64,000 nt of DNA from Narcine bancroftii (GCF_036971445.1 NC_091477.1:99324001-99388000); one strand, 5' to 3'; positions 13,831 through 27,150 are shown, counted from the stretch's first letter. The notes: a model not told the origin generated them from the letters alone. Numbers and translations are program-made.

Positions 13831-16111
13831 ATAAAATTACATCTCCATATTGTTCTTTTTTGGAACAAATCCAACATGCTGCCTTGCTGCCTCCAGTTAA
13901 ACAAGGAGGAAAGACGACATAGCTTTGTTAAAGCTGGGCAAGCGCACAGTTGAAGTGCTGCGGAGTTTATGCAGGATTTGAGATGGATTCCTCAATGCCA
14001 AGAGTATTGTACAATTTTGGAGGAGATGTGACCAAATTGATTAGTCTGTGTAATGTGCATTATGATGGGGGTTGCTCTGTGAGAAAAGTTGGCATTTAAT
14101 ATTGCCATGATAACAGGGAGACTGGACAAGCCAGCAAAAGATTTGTAACCTCACTCAGCAGTGGTTATGACCTAGTTTCATTCCTACTTCTGAACAGAGA
14201 AGAATAACAGGAAGAAAAAAGTTCATTGTTATGATAGCATGTACTCTCAATTTGAGGAATGCAGACACAAAGAGTCTGTTTATTATAAATATGATATCAA
14301 GGGATAGCTATGAAATCTGCAAAGTAAAACTACAGCAAACTCTATCAATCAAACAGGATGAAGCCTAAAGGAAGTATAAAGGGTATTGTGTGCATTAAAG
14401 TAAGCAAAGAAGCTTGTGATCTGAAGGATTGTATGAGCTACTCATGTTAGGTGATGTTTTGCTATATTAGTACATGTTGAATGAAAGAAAATGTCAAGAG
14501 GAATTGATACTGATGTTGTGGTATGAGTAATGTGTGAACAGGAATGTAAGCAAACTTTGACTAGATGGTACAGTGAAATCAAGCATTCATCAGCATACCT
14601 CCACTGCGGAAAGGATCAAAGAGAGAGGAACTGATGAGATCGGATTGAGAATGAGCAAAGCTCCCTCTTCTGACTTTTCCAGGACAAGGATCAAAATTGA
14701 TGCAGAAGTGGTCATAAAAGATACAGCCTGACAAGAGATTAAGAGCATCAAAGAACTATTCATATCAGTTGTCGATAAGTAGCCCAGGATATTTCATGAC
14801 GAAACTAGAAAAATTCAAGATAGGAAAATTAAGATTCATCTGAAGTACAGTCAAAAATGTCTGTTCCTCAAAGCATGGCTGTCGCTTCCTTTCTAAAGGA
14901 AAAGATTGGCAAGGAGCTAGCATCACCATGGGAAGAAGCTATCAATGAATTGGTTGATTTTTCTGATTGGCTGCTTCAGCAACTCCTGGAGTAAAAACAG
15001 ATGGTACCATTGGGTTCTGTGAAAATATGGAAGAAGCAAAGATGGGCAGACACCCAGTTTCACTGATTAATGATTAATTGGCCAAACAAAGAGGAAAACA
15101 AATTTTAACAAGCCTTACTTCTCAGAGGTCTGAGTTGTACAAATATTTAAAATACTCAACAGAACTAGCTGTCTTGAACTCTTTCAATAAAACAAACCGC
15201 CTTGTGAGATAATATCTTCCAGAGAATAAAGAGTTAATTTGATCTGCGGGCTCCAAGTGAACAAGGTTCTGTGAATGACATGGTGACAGAAAGATGGAGC
15301 AGAACACAGGGAGAGTGTGTGTGTAAAAAATAAAAGAGGCATTTTACTGCAAAACATAAAAAATGGTTGAGGACAAAAACAAGAAGCAAACATGGATTTA
15401 CTTCATCCAATCAAATTGAATTGTGGATGATTCCTGCTGGGTGGAAGTGAAAGTGTACAAGAAAATAAGAAGCTGGGTTCCAAGAGTCAAAGAAGTCGTT
15501 GCTAAATTCACAGCCTCCTGTTCATTATCATCTGGCGAAGCTGTTGCTGCTGGCCCACTGAAGCATCACGTTACGGAATTAGTGCACACTTTCCACACAG
15601 GATGGAGAATGAAGATGAGCAAGTAATTGGTTTCACATCAAGGCCTCTTTTTTTTAAGGCAGAGCAATGCCACTCACATTTTGACAAAGAAAGCAGAACT
15701 ATAGGTTCCCACAAGATTGTTTTTTTTAATTGCTTGAACTTCAGAGTTTTCACATATATAGTGTATGGATATTTTGGGTGAATCCAAGGGGATGTACAAC
15801 AATGCAATCATTCTGAATCGACTACCCGTTCATTCACCTCAGAGTGAGATACCAATTTAAGGTGAGATTTGCAGCATGGCTGGAAAACGTGGTCAGTACT
15901 CCAGTGATAAAACCTCAATAGAACATCAAGACATGACTCCACCTTCTCTCAGGTTTACAGGCACATCCAGCATGGGTTGAGGGGATCAATTGTGAACAAT
16001 TATTCTGCTGATAAAGATGCAAACTAGGGATCCTGAAGGGGGCGGTTCTTTGAAGGTCCAGAATTAATCTTTCATCAAATGAAGAGCAAATAGTCTGAAG
16101 TGTATTTCATC

Positions 16112-16362
16112 AAATTAAATTTAAATTTGGACATACAGCACTGTAACAGGCCAATTCGGTCCTATGAGTCCATCCTGCCCAATTTACACCCCATTAACTA
16201 ACACCCCAGTATGTTTTTGAAGGGTGGGAATAAACTGGAGCTCCCAGAGAAAACCCATGGGGGGAAGGTACAAACTCCTTACAGGCAGTGCAGTTTTCAA
16301 ACCCCAGTCCAGTCCCAGTGGCTAGTGCTGTAAAGGCAGTTGACTATGCCAACTGTGCCGCC
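16112..16362 (-). mobile_element. V-SINE
   Basis: Reverse complement of the SINE at 12905. Confidence 0.8.
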
Positions 16363-16479
16363 CGGAAGCAAGAAATTTTGTTTGGTGATTTGATCTGGTA
16401 AATCTTGTTGGGAGAGGTTTTGTAATTTGATTTTATCCGCTCTGGTTTTATACATGAGAAAAAACATGTTGAAAACCAT

Positions 16480-16915
16480 TGAATCCTCAGTGCTATTTGC
16501 AGACTGAGTGTCCGCTTCACTAGATCCCTGCACTCAGTCTGTGGGCCTAAGCTTGAACATACTCTGTTGAATCATTTCAATTCCCTTCACCACACTCACA
16601 CATATCTGACTGTTCTCAACCTCAAGCAGCATGAAAGTGATGCCAAATATAATCCCATGGAATAACATACCACATTCTTCCTGAACACCCTTAAACACAA
16701 TGGCATGAACATTGATTTTTTCTAATTTTAGGCAACCCCCACTTTCTAAGTGATTCCAGTGTTTCTGTCTCTCTACCATATCCTGAACGGTATATGGATA
16801 CTTTCTCCCCTCCCCCTCATAATGTTCTTTTCTGCTTCTTTACCTCTACCATCCTCTGTCCAATACCCTATTACCTCTTTCCGCCTCCCAGCCTCATTCC
16901 CCCTTCATATGCGTA
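16480..16915 (+). mobile_element. Penelope-like GIY-YIG C-terminal fragment
   Basis: NGMNIDFSNFR at ~16699-16732 followed by a pyrimidine-rich tract. Confidence 0.6.
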
Positions 16916-17689
16916 GTAACTGAGAAGACCGAGGCAAGCTAGGCTACTGGCCATCATTCAGTCCTGCTCTATGGAAGCTCTATATTCAGAGCACCCTGGC
17001 TGGTTGCATCAGTGTGGTAAATTGCTGTAGAGCATTGGATCAGATGTCAATCCACATGACTATAAAAGCAGCCTGAAACGTTGACTGACCCTTTCATCCC
17101 ATGGATACTGCCTGACCCATTGAGCTCATCCAGCTTTTCATGGTTTCCTCAGTTCCATTTGTTTGGTTATGCTCGATCTTTGTGTACACTGAGCTGAGTT
17201 GATGAAGCCTGCAGTAGAGAAACTCTTTGAGGATTCTGAAAGATCATCAGCCACACCAGCCACTTCACTCGACCTGTAGCTCTGGGTAAAGCAAATCATT
17301 GGGAAGGATATGTATGGATTTTCCAGAGCATTTGTGGGAAAATTAACGGTGTTCATCATAGATATATATTTCAAGTGGATAAAAGTAATGCTAATGAACA
17401 TATCTACAGTTCAATTGACAATTTCATAATTGAGAATGATCTTCACTCCATGTGATTGTTTCTGATGGACAATGGAATGTATCAAATACCTTGGTAGGAT
17501 GAGACTCAAGTATGTGTGGTGCTTCACATCAGCAAAAGTAGTGTCAGGAAGAGCAGTACTGAAAAGTGTGGAATGAGGTTAACCTGAGACAGGCTTTGCA
17601 AATTTACCAAGGTACCATTGAAATTATAGCATATACAAGTGGAGAGCAGATGCCTACAGAGTTACTGATGAGCAGATGGGTCAGAATGC

Positions 17690-19190
17690 ATTTCAAGTTC
17701 AAGATAATTATCATCCAATTGTGTAAGTACAACTGGATGGAATTGTTTTCTTCAGTAAAACATGCAAAAATGGATAGAGACATAGCACACACATTTACAA
17801 GTGATTTATATTCAGTACATGCTGAAGATCCAGCTGCGCTGGGTGGGTCACGTCTCCAGAATGGAGGACCATCGCCTTCCCAAGATCGTGTTATATGGCG
17901 AGCTCTCCACTGGCCACCGTGACAGAGGTGCACCAAAGAAAAGGTACAAGGACTGCCTAAAGAAATCTCTTGGTGCCTGCCACATTGACCACCGCCAGTG
18001 GGCTGATAACGCCTCAAACCGTGCATCTTGGCGCCTCACAGTTTGGCGGGCAGCAACCTCCTTTGAAGAAGACCGCAGAGCCCACCTCACTGACAAAAGG
18101 CAAAGGAGGAAAAACCCAACACCCAACCCCAACCCACCAATTTTCCCTTGGTGTCTGCCTGTCCCGCATCGGACTTGTCAGCCACAAACGAGCCTGCAGC
18201 TGACGTGGACTTTTACCCCCTCCATAAATCTTCGTCCGCGAAGCCAAGCCAAAGAAAAAGAAGATATAAAATAAATAAAAAAAATAAATTAATAGCAAAA
18301 CCTTGGAAGATTAGTACGAGCAGTTCATTAGACAATTAGCAGTCTCACTGCCAATGGGAAGAAGCCATTTCTCAGCCTACTGGTTCTGGCTCTGATACTT
18401 CTGTATCTCTTTCCTGACAGGAAGAGCTGGAAGATGTTGTGTGCAGGTAGTAGAGATCCTCAATGATTTTGTGATGCCTCTTCAGATCTTGTAGATCACA
18501 TCATGGTGGGGGGTGGGGGAGGAGGTGATCCTCTTTGCTGCCCTATGGATTTGATGCTCTACAATAACCATTACCACACTGTGATTCTGCCAGCCAGGAC
18601 ACTCTTGATAGAACTCCTGTAGAAAGTTGACAGGATGGTGGCCAGTAGACATGCCCACCTCAATATTTCTAAGGAAGTGCAGTTGCTGTTGCATCTTCCT
18701 GACAAGTGAGATGATAGGTCCACTATAGGTCACCTCTGGTGAACTCCAAGGAACTTAGAACTATCTCCACTAGAGAATTATTGATGAGTAGAGGAGGGCA
18801 GTTGTTCCTGATCCTCCAGAAGTCCACAGTCATCTCCTTTGTCTTGTCCACTTTGAGACTAATTCTCACACCATCCCATGAGATTTTTCCACCTCTGTAG
18901 TGTGCCACATCGTTTTTGCTGATGAGGCCAATGACTGTCATGTCATCTGCAAACCTAATGACTCTGTTGGAGCTGGATCTGGTGATGCAGCCCTGAGGTG
19001 CTCCAGTGGTCAGCATGATGGTGTTTGATTTTCTGATACCAACCCAGACAGACTGTGGTCTTTGTTAGGAAGTCCAGAATCCTGTTGCAGAGAGGAGTGT
19101 TGAGTCCCAGTGAGGACAGCTTCTCCACCAGCCTATGGGGAATGCTGAGCTGAAGTTGATGAACAGCAGCCTGGCGTATCATGCTCCAGG
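17690..19190 (-). mobile_element. Rex1/Babar LINE, 3' part, split by an RTE copy
   Basis: ORFs 18955-19182 and 18723-19016 give LGLNTPLCNRILDFL, TGAPQGC, RFADDMTVIGLI, VDKTKEMTVDF; 18482-18733 gives QQQLHFLR. Confidence 0.85.
17820..18264 (+). mobile_element. RTE LINE 3' fragment
   Basis: LKIQLRWVGHVSRM.. within ORF 17801-18274, with the RTE 3' terminus. Confidence 0.92.
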
Positions 19191-19360
19191 AGAATCAGAA
19201 CGGAGTGGAGGGACATATAGATTTGGTGAAGCCGGAGTTTAGACTCATTGTGCACTTAAATCAGCTTAAGCAGAAGGAACATGATATCTGAGCTCCTGAT
19301 TTCTACATCAAAGTGATGATTCTGTTTGTACAGAATATCACAATGTGCAAAAGACTGTAC

Positions 19361-19567
19361 CAGAGACCTAGGGTCAATCTTGACCCTTACCAGAGACCTA
19401 GGGTCAATCCTGACCCTTACCAGAGACCTAGGGTCAATCCTGACCCTTACCAGAGATGTAGGGTCAATCCTGACCCTTACCAGAGACCTAGGCTCAATCC
19501 TGACCCTTACCAGAGACCTAGGCTCATCCTGACCCTTACCAGAGTCCTGGGTTTAATCCTGACCCTT
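19361..19567 (+). repeat. About 7 x 30-bp tandem repeat (CAGAGACCTAGGGTCAATCCTGACCCTTAC)
   Basis: Units start at 19361, 19391, 19421, 19451, 19481, 19511 and 19540, and run directly into a V-SINE body. Confidence 0.95.
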
Positions 19568-19845
19568 GGATGAGGTCTATGTAGAGTTTGCACATTCTCC
19601 ATGTGAGTGCATGGGTTTTTCCAGGTGCTCCAGTTTTCACCTACTTCCCAGAGATGCGAAGGTTGGCCCATTAATTGGCTGCTATGAATTGTCTCCAGAC
19701 AGCAGGCAAATGTTAGGATGTGTGGGAACTAATGAGATTCTGCAAAGAATAAAACAGAATGAATTTAGGATGAGTGTGAAAGGTGGAGCATCAACATGCA
19801 CTCAGTGGTTTGAGGGACCTGTCTACCTTACTATATCTCTGTGAC
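19540..19845 (+). mobile_element. Old V-SINE body
   Basis: gagtttgcacattctcc..gggtttttccaggtgctccagtttt V-domain. Confidence 0.7.
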
Positions 19846-20514
19846 CATATCATTCTATCATGCAAGGTATCTAGTTGTTGGAGTATCATTGATTGCACTG
19901 GACCAGTCTCAGTTAATTTGATAGTCACATGTTGCAGCATCATCAAGAACTATGTAAACCAATGTGCATACAGTCACCAGCCCAACTAATGAGGTCGGTG
20001 TTTGAACAAAAGGTTTCCTCGCCCTCCCTCCATACCTGCCCCAGACACTGTTAAAGAATATGCTCCATAAGAAGAGATGCTGCCATCTACTGGTGACATT
20101 CTAGTGCAATTTGTCCTCATCATTGAGCTTTGGGGTCCCAGGACACCAAAGAGGAAGTAAAAAAAGAACTGCAGATGTTGGAAACCTAAAACCATCACAG
20201 AAAAAGCTGCAAATACCCAGCAGGTCAGGCTGCGAGTAATGGTGGTGGTGGTGTTGAGGTCTGACAAACTGATGTCTATTGTGCAAAGGCTAGATGTCAA
20301 CTCACAGATGCCTCATTCCTGCCTTAAGATCGTGATTATTCCATCAAACATCAGATCATGTTCACCCACACAGTCATGAACCTTATTTCATCAGATCTGC
20401 CCTTCACACCTTCCATTCTTATCAGTACCCAGCCCCGCATGATCCATTTCTATCTCCTGCCCAAAATTCCCAAACCACACCTGTCCTGGCAGCCCCACAG
20501 TTTCAGACTACTCT

Positions 20515-20990
20515 TAGAGTCATTGAGTCACAGAGTGCCTACAGCATGGAAATAGGACCTTCATCTCAATTTCTCCTTGATGACCAAGTTGCTGCTCTGG
20601 CTAGAACCATGCACCTACATTTGCCCATGTCCCTCTAAATCTTTTCTATCCATGTACATGTTTAACTGTCTTTGAAACATCGTAATTGTATGCACTTCTT
20701 CCACTTCCTTTGACAGCTGGTCTACATACACTGATCCACCATCCTCTGTGTGAGAAAGTTGACCCACTGGTCCCGTTTGAATCTTTCCCCTTTCACTTTA
20801 AACTCTTGCCTCGAGTTCTAGACTCCCCTACCCTGGGGAAAAGACTGTGAGAAGTTGCGTTACCCCTGTTCTCATCATTTTATATGCTTCTATCAGATCA
20901 CTCCTCAGCCTCCTATGCTCCACAGGACAGTCCCAGCCTATGCAGCTCCCTTTATTGCTCAAATCTTCCAGTTCCAGGAACAACTGCACT
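20515..20990 (-). mobile_element. CR1 3' end
   Basis: Reverse of tttccccagggtaggggagtctagaactcgaggc.., a CR1 ORF2 tail and UTR. Confidence 0.7.
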
Positions 20991-21596
20991 GAACATAGAA
21001 CTCTGCAAGTTGACTTCTCAGTTTATATTGATCATCCATCCATAATATTAGCTAAGCAGGTTTTTTCCCCCCTTTTTTCTTCTTCCTTTCTGTCTCTGGC
21101 AGTGCTCAGTCAGGCCCTCTCCCTCAATCTCTCTTTTTTCCCTATCCCTCCTTTCATCTAGCTGCCCACCCTTTCCTTCCCTTTCCTTCCTTCTCCTAAA
21201 AGAGACCTACCTTTCTTAGCTTCTGCCCCCATCACCTCTCAGCTTCTTTCTCTTTTAACCTCCCACCTCCTTCCTATCAGCTCAGTGGATCTCAACTTGG
21301 TTTTTCTACTTACCTTATGTAAGTCCTGACTAACCACAGAGCACTTATGGCACCTTCAGATGGTATGTGAGTGGAATTTTAAAAAAGATTGAGAATCACT
21401 GCCATAGATGCTATGTGACCTGAATTTCTCCAGCACATTTGTTTATTGCACTCAACCCCAGCACCTGTGGACTTTGTTTAACTCCATGTATCATCCATAT
21501 GTTTAGTTCACAAATCATCAGAAATAATGTAATTTTCATGAGAGAACAAAGCACGATTGAGGACTATCGTAACAATTTAACCAATATAGTTTAATG

Positions 21597-21746
21597 CAGT
21601 GGTTCTGAGCTAGTTGCTCTGGGTTAGTAACAGGTTAGTTAGACGTGGACATTTACCCCCTCCATAAATCTTCGTCTGCGAAGCCAAGCCAAAGAAAGAA
21701 GTTAAAGTGGTATCTGAATGGGAAAAATAAAGGTTGAAAACCATTG
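21597..21746. mobile_element. hAT-like MITE fragment carrying a ~60-bp RTE 3' end (21642-21701, +)
   Basis: cagtggttct..aaggttgaaaaccattg termini with internal gacgtggacatttacc..gccaaagaaagaa. Confidence 0.7.
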
Positions 21747-22142
21747 GTTTACAGTGAATCATTGTTGCTCTGCTTCATTGTGGGCCAGGGACCTCTTGGA
21801 CTGAAGAAAATCGGAGCTACCTGGATAACCAAAAAGAGAATAAAATAGAGCAGAAAAAAATGTAAAATACAGCAGTTGCAAGATTATTAGGGGAGAGTTC
21901 GGGAGAGAATTTAAATAAAAAATGAAATAAGGGAGGCAGAGATGGAGGGCATGGAAAAGCCTAACTTTACCATGTAACTTTATACACTTGAATCTTGTCA
22001 ACAGTGAAAAGCCTTGGAAAGTCTTTTCCTCCATTCATCTTCTTTAAGGCCATCTAATTTGTATCAAAATGCTAAATGTTATTATTTTATTCAGGAAGGC
22101 TATAATGTTTATGTTTTTCTTTTTGAATCAGAGATTTATCGT

Positions 22143-23209
22143 TTCTTCTTCTTTGGCTTGGCTTTGCGGACGAAGATTTATGGAGGGGGTAAATGTCCAC
22201 GTCAGCTGCAGGCTCGTTTGTGGCTGACAAGTCCGATGCGGGACAGGCAGACACGGTTGCAGGGGAAAATTGGTTGGTTGGGGTTGGGTGTTGGGTTTTT
22301 CCTCCTTTGCCTTTTGTCAGTGAGGTGGGCTCTGCGGTCTTCTTCAAAGGAGGTTGCTGCCCGCCAAACTGTGAGGCGCCAAGATGCACGGTTTGAGGTG
22401 ATATCAGCCCACTGGCGGTGGTCAATGTGGCAGGCACCAAGAGATTTCTTTAGTCAGTCCTTGTACCTTTTCTTTGGTGCACCTCTGTCACGGTGGCCAG
22501 TGGAGAGCTCGCCATATAACACGATCTTGGGAAGGCGATGGTCCTCCATTCTGGAGACGTGACCCACCCAGCGCACCTGGATCTTCAGCAGCGTGGACTC
22601 GATGCTGTCGACCTCTGCCATCTCGAGTACTTCGACGTTAGGGATGAAAGCGCTCCAATGAATGTTGAGGATGGAGCGGAGACAACGCTGGTGGAAGCAT
22701 TCTAGGAGCCGTAGGTGATGCCGGTAGAGGACCCATGATTCGGAGCCGAACAGGAGTGTGGGTATGACAACGGCTCTATATACGCTTATCTTTGTGAGGT
22801 TTTTCAGTTGGTTGTTTTTCCAGACTCTTTTGTGTAGTCTTCCAAAGGCGCTATTTGCCTTGGCGAGTCTGTTGTCTATCTCATTGTCGATCCTTGCATC
22901 TGATGAAATGGTGCAGGCGAGATAGGTAAACTGGTTGACCGTTTTGAGTCTTGTGTGCTCGATGGAGATGTGGGGGGGCTGGTAGTCGTGGTGGGGAGCT
23001 GGCTGATGGAGGACCTCAGTTTTCTTCAGGCTGACTTCCAGGCCAAACATTTTGGCAGTTTCCGCAAAACAGGACGTCAAGCGCTGAAGAGCTGGCTCTG
23101 AATGGGCAACTAAAGCGGCATCGTCACGGACAAGTTTCTCTTGTGTCTTGGTGTGAGCTTGCAGGCGCCTCAGATTGAAGAGACTGCCATCCGTGCGGTA
23201 CCGGATGAA
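22143..23209 (-). mobile_element. RTE LINE, longest copy (partial RT)
   Basis: ORF 22454-23278 includes YRTDGSLFNLRRL..DDAALVAHSE..FTYLACTISSD. The segment just before DD is deleted and a premature stop follows RYKD. Confidence 0.94.
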
Positions 23210-23294
23210 TCTATGGCTAATATCAATATAACAAGAAACTCCTATGCTCCTATGGTCAGCATGAAAATGCAAGAGCAAGTACCATCAAGTCAGT

Positions 23295-23538
23295 AAAAAT
23301 ACAGAAATGCTGGAGGAACTCAGCAGGTCATTGAGTGTCCATAGGAGGTAAAGACATATAACTGACATTTTGGGCCTGAGCCCTTCTTCAAGTTGAAAGT
23401 AAAAAGCAGGCAGCCACCGGAAATAAAAGGTTGGGGAGAAGGGAAGAGGAGGCAGCGAGAGGACACCTGCTGAGTTCCTCCAGGATTTCTGTTTTTACTA
23501 CAATCACACCATCTGCAGACTTATGCTCTTCACTAACT
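23295..23538. mobile_element. Mini Penelope-like insertion with inverted terminal segment and TSD
   Basis: 23292-23328 is the reverse complement of 23465-23499. ATCAAGTCAGT occurs at 23284-23294 and 23539-23549. Confidence 0.7.
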
Positions 23539-23884
23539 ATCAAGTCAGTTCCTAGCCAGAGGAATTGGATGAAAAGGCTCCACATATTTTGTCTAGTGCC
23601 CCAACGTGCTGCAGAAACTCAGGAGGTTACAGAAAGTTTATCAATTAACATTATGGGCTCCAGCCCATTTTCAGGAGTGCTGAAAGATCAGGCAGATGTC
23701 TGAATAAAAGGATGGGGGAGAGGGGGCGGAGAGGAGGAATCTGCAGATTTAATATTTAGAACCAAATATTTTGTTTCTGGTCTCATTCTGTTCAAACCAT
23801 GGAAAGCTATTTGTTTTAACATTTAAAAGTAGTATCTCAATTAGTGGTGCAAAAGACCAAATAATAAATTTTCTCATAAACAAA

Positions 23885-24290
23885 TTTGAAGTTCAGATTT
23901 ATTATGAGAGTGCCTTACTGTAGATGACATCACATAAAACTCTGAGAATCTTTATCCTGTAGGCAAGGCAGAATTACTACTTATTGGTAGTTCAAAAACT
24001 TGTTCTTAAGAAGATACATACACATGTAAACAAATAAAGAAATGTGAACCAACTAACTGTGCAACACAGAGAGAAAAACTTAATAAAGAGCAAAAGCAAG
24101 AGTCTTTAAATGAGACTCTGATTAAGTTTGTTGTTGAGGATCTTGATGGTGGAAGGGTAGCAGCTGTCCCTGATCCTGGTGGTGCAAGTCTTGTGGCACC
24201 TATTTTTTTTTTTTTGCTGATGGTTACAGCGAGAACAGAGGGGGTGCTGGGTGGTATGGATTCTTGATGATCCTCACAGTTCACACGGTC
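23885..24290 (-). mobile_element. Rex1/Babar-like LINE 3' end
   Basis: Minus strand ..TRLAPPGSGTAATLPPSR-type tail plus 3' UTR. Confidence 0.6.
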
Positions 24291-25274
24291 ATAATACTTC
24301 TGATCAGAGAACAACATAATTGAGCAGAATAATTAGCTCTTCAGAAATATTACTTTACAAATGGTAACATGGTATTACCCGAAGCAATTATCAGCCAGTA
24401 CACTCAAAAACATATTATTGGATGTACCTGTAGATCTTTTTATCAAGATCTGAACATGAGCACATGAAATTTTAAACATAACCTTTATAATGTGAGAGCA
24501 ATGGTTTAGAAGCCTTAGGCATTATTAAATGGCCGAAAGTGCCAATGTTTGTTTAAAAATATGTTCTGCAGTCATTGGATGATGTACCTTTGAATGCTAC
24601 CCAATGAGACAACGTATGCTTCAACTCTATGTAACCTGCCCAAACTATATGTAACCAGCCTCAAATGTTATGTTCAAAGGCGCAACAAGGAAACCACAGG
24701 GCCTTTTTGATTCTCTATTATTTTTGACAAAGATGAACTTGCCCAAATGCTGTTGCTGTAGTTACAGTGATTATCTGGATGCTCAAACACAAATACATGC
24801 CACAAAACAAATTTATTGTGCCACGCCTGTGAGGCTAAATCCAAGCGTAGGAACACCTGGTCCTCTTATTCTTGCTAATTATGTTTGTATTACTTTCGTA
24901 ACTGCTTTGCATGTCTCAGGTCATTTATTAATAAAACATGTCAACCAGGAAGGGAAAATAAATATCTTTAGAGTCCAACTTCAATGGTTACAATGTTCAA
25001 TACTGTGAGCCACCATTCAAAAGCTCTTTAATAATATACGGTTGGTATAAGAGCATTTGAAAAATCAACAAAAATTAACAGGATGCAAACATTTTGATTT
25101 TTCAATGCATTATTTGATTTTTTAAAATGCATTATTAACTAATGTTTACAATGGAATTTGAGGCATTTCCAAATTGTTACAAAGAAGTTGGTCAATGTTC
25201 CAAGCACTGAATATTTTCAAAGTGATGCGCATTACTTTATCTACATTGCAAAAGAGGAGGTCCTGGCAAGTCAT

Positions 25275-27150
25275 AAATTGTTCAAAGGTGAATAAATTTC
25301 CACATCCCAAGCCATTGGGAAAAGCTATGGAAGAAATTGCTGGGGTCCTGGTAGAGATATTTATACATGATTTGCCATGGATGAGATACTGGAGGGTGAC
25401 TAATATTGTGCTTTTCATTAAAGAACGAATGCAAGGACAAACCAGGAAACTACAGGCCAATGAGCTGAACATTAGTGGCAGGGAAGTCATTGGAAGGGAT
25501 TCTGAGAGACAGGATCTGCCTGTGTTTTGAATGGCTAGGGCCGATTAGTAATTGTCAGGATAACTTTGTGTGTAGGAATCGTGCCTCATGAGTTTAAATA
25601 AGTTATTTTGAAGAGGCAACAAGGACAGGTCAATAGACTTTGTTTACATAGAGTTTGGCAAGATCCCACATGATAGCTGTACAAATGGTAAGATTGCATG
25701 ACATTCACAATGAGCCAGCCAACTGGATGCAAATTGGCTTGGTGGTAGGAATTAGAAGATGGTTGTTATTCATTTTGTGTACTTGTGACCAGTGGTGTGT
25801 AACAAGGATTAGTGCTGGATCCAATTTATATTAATGTTGATCATCATCTGAATTTAATGTTTTGAATCAGAATGTATTTGTTGATGACTCCAAAATTGAT
25901 TTAGTGGACAGTGAAAAAAGATTACAACAAGATCTATATCAACTGGGAAAGAAGGCCAAGTAATTGCAGATGGAATTCAGCATGTATAAGTTTGAGTTTC
26001 TGCAATATGGGAAGTTAAATCTGGACAGACTTACACAGTGAAATGCAGGGCCCAGGAAACTGTTGTAAGAAAGAAAGTGGTGGCACAGGTGGATAAAGTG
26101 GTGAACCAGGTGTTTGGCATGCTTACCTTTATCAGTCCGGGCATTGAGTACAAGAATTGGGGTGCTTGTCAAAAACTGTAAAAGATGTTGGTGAGACCAC
26201 ATTTCTCGTTGACGAACAGTTGTAAAGCTGGAAAGGGTGAAGAATGGGTTCATAAGGATGTCCCTGAGACTAGAGGGCTTGAGTTTTAAGGAGAAATTGG
26301 ATAAGCTAAGCCTTTTTTTTGCCCTGAAGCATTAGGCTTCATTAGTGATCTCAGAGGTTTATAAAAGCATGATAAGATGCCCTTTTCCTAGGGCAGGGGA
26401 ATCTAAACCTGGAGGGCACAGGTATAAAGTAAAGGGGGAAAAAAATAAAGGAAAGCATAAGTGCAACATTTTTCCACTTGAGAGAGTGGTGATGAAATGG
26501 AACAAGGTGAAGTGGCAGAGATGGGTTTAAAATATTTGGGTAGGTACCTGGATAGGAAAGGTTTGGGGGGATACGGACTAAACACAGGAAAATGGGACTA
26601 TCATATATTTCAGCGTACAAGTCGAGTCATGAAACCCTAAAAAAAATTCTGAAAAGGAAGGGGCCAGATATATTTTTGAGACCTTAAATTGCCTGAAAAA
26701 AAACCCAGAATGACGTCAATCCAGCATACAAGTCGATGCTGGAAGCACCTCCCCACCGCTGGCACCGCCACTTCCCAACACCTCCCCACCACTGGCCGCT
26801 GCCATTAACTGCTCCTACCTGGGACCATGAGGTTACCGTCGCCGCTTCTACCTGGTAGGCCAAGGATTTTTTTTACTTACTTAATTTACAGCTTTGTTAC
26901 TTATGATAGGGGTGATTTTTTTTAAATGTGGGTTGTTCCTGGTAGGCATGGTCAGTCTGAAACATTGGGGTCAAGTTATATGCTGGATAAACCATAAAAC
27001 CCTTAAAATTAGGCTGAAAAATGGGAGTCACCATACAGTGGTCAACATGTATGCTGAAATATATGGTAGCTTAGTTGGCTGGCATGGATTTATTGGGCCT
27101 AAAATGTCTCTTTCTGAGCAGTATAATCCATGACTATGGCTCCATAACTC
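25275..27150 (+). mobile_element. CR1 LINE ORF2 remnant interrupted by a pogo-like MITE
   Basis: WRVTNIVLFIK, FVDDSKI-like (~25875) and CR1 tail; the CR1 3' end resumes at 27067. Confidence 0.75.
26601..27066. mobile_element. pogo/Tigger-like MITE
   Basis: TIR YCATATATTTCAGCRTACA at both ends, TA on each flank. Confidence 0.8.

Larger units (their letters stand above)
13850..20150 (+). mobile_element. Highly decayed Ty3/Gypsy retrotransposon (pol remnants), multiply interrupted
   Basis: RT N-terminus KIKIHLK..FLKA..KEKIGKEL..VDFSDW..VKTDGTI (14790-15025); RNase H region FQESKKSLL..PVHY..EASRYGISA..VIGFTSR (15475-15645); integrase AFVGKLTVFIIDIYFKWIKV..LRMIF (17325-17447); C-terminal IIDCTGPVS (~19885-19910). 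Confidence 0.75.

Noticed and set aside
19313-19573. Repeat array as CRISPR, or ORF with DPYQRPRVNP repeats as a protein
   Set aside because: Units are head-to-tail with no unique spacers or cas genes, the context is eukaryotic, and the ORF is a by-product of a 30-bp tandem repeat.
22454-23278. 274-aa ORF as a functional reverse transcriptase
   Set aside because: It is 5'-truncated, lacks the endonuclease and most RT motifs, has a deletion next to the catalytic DD and ends in a premature stop.
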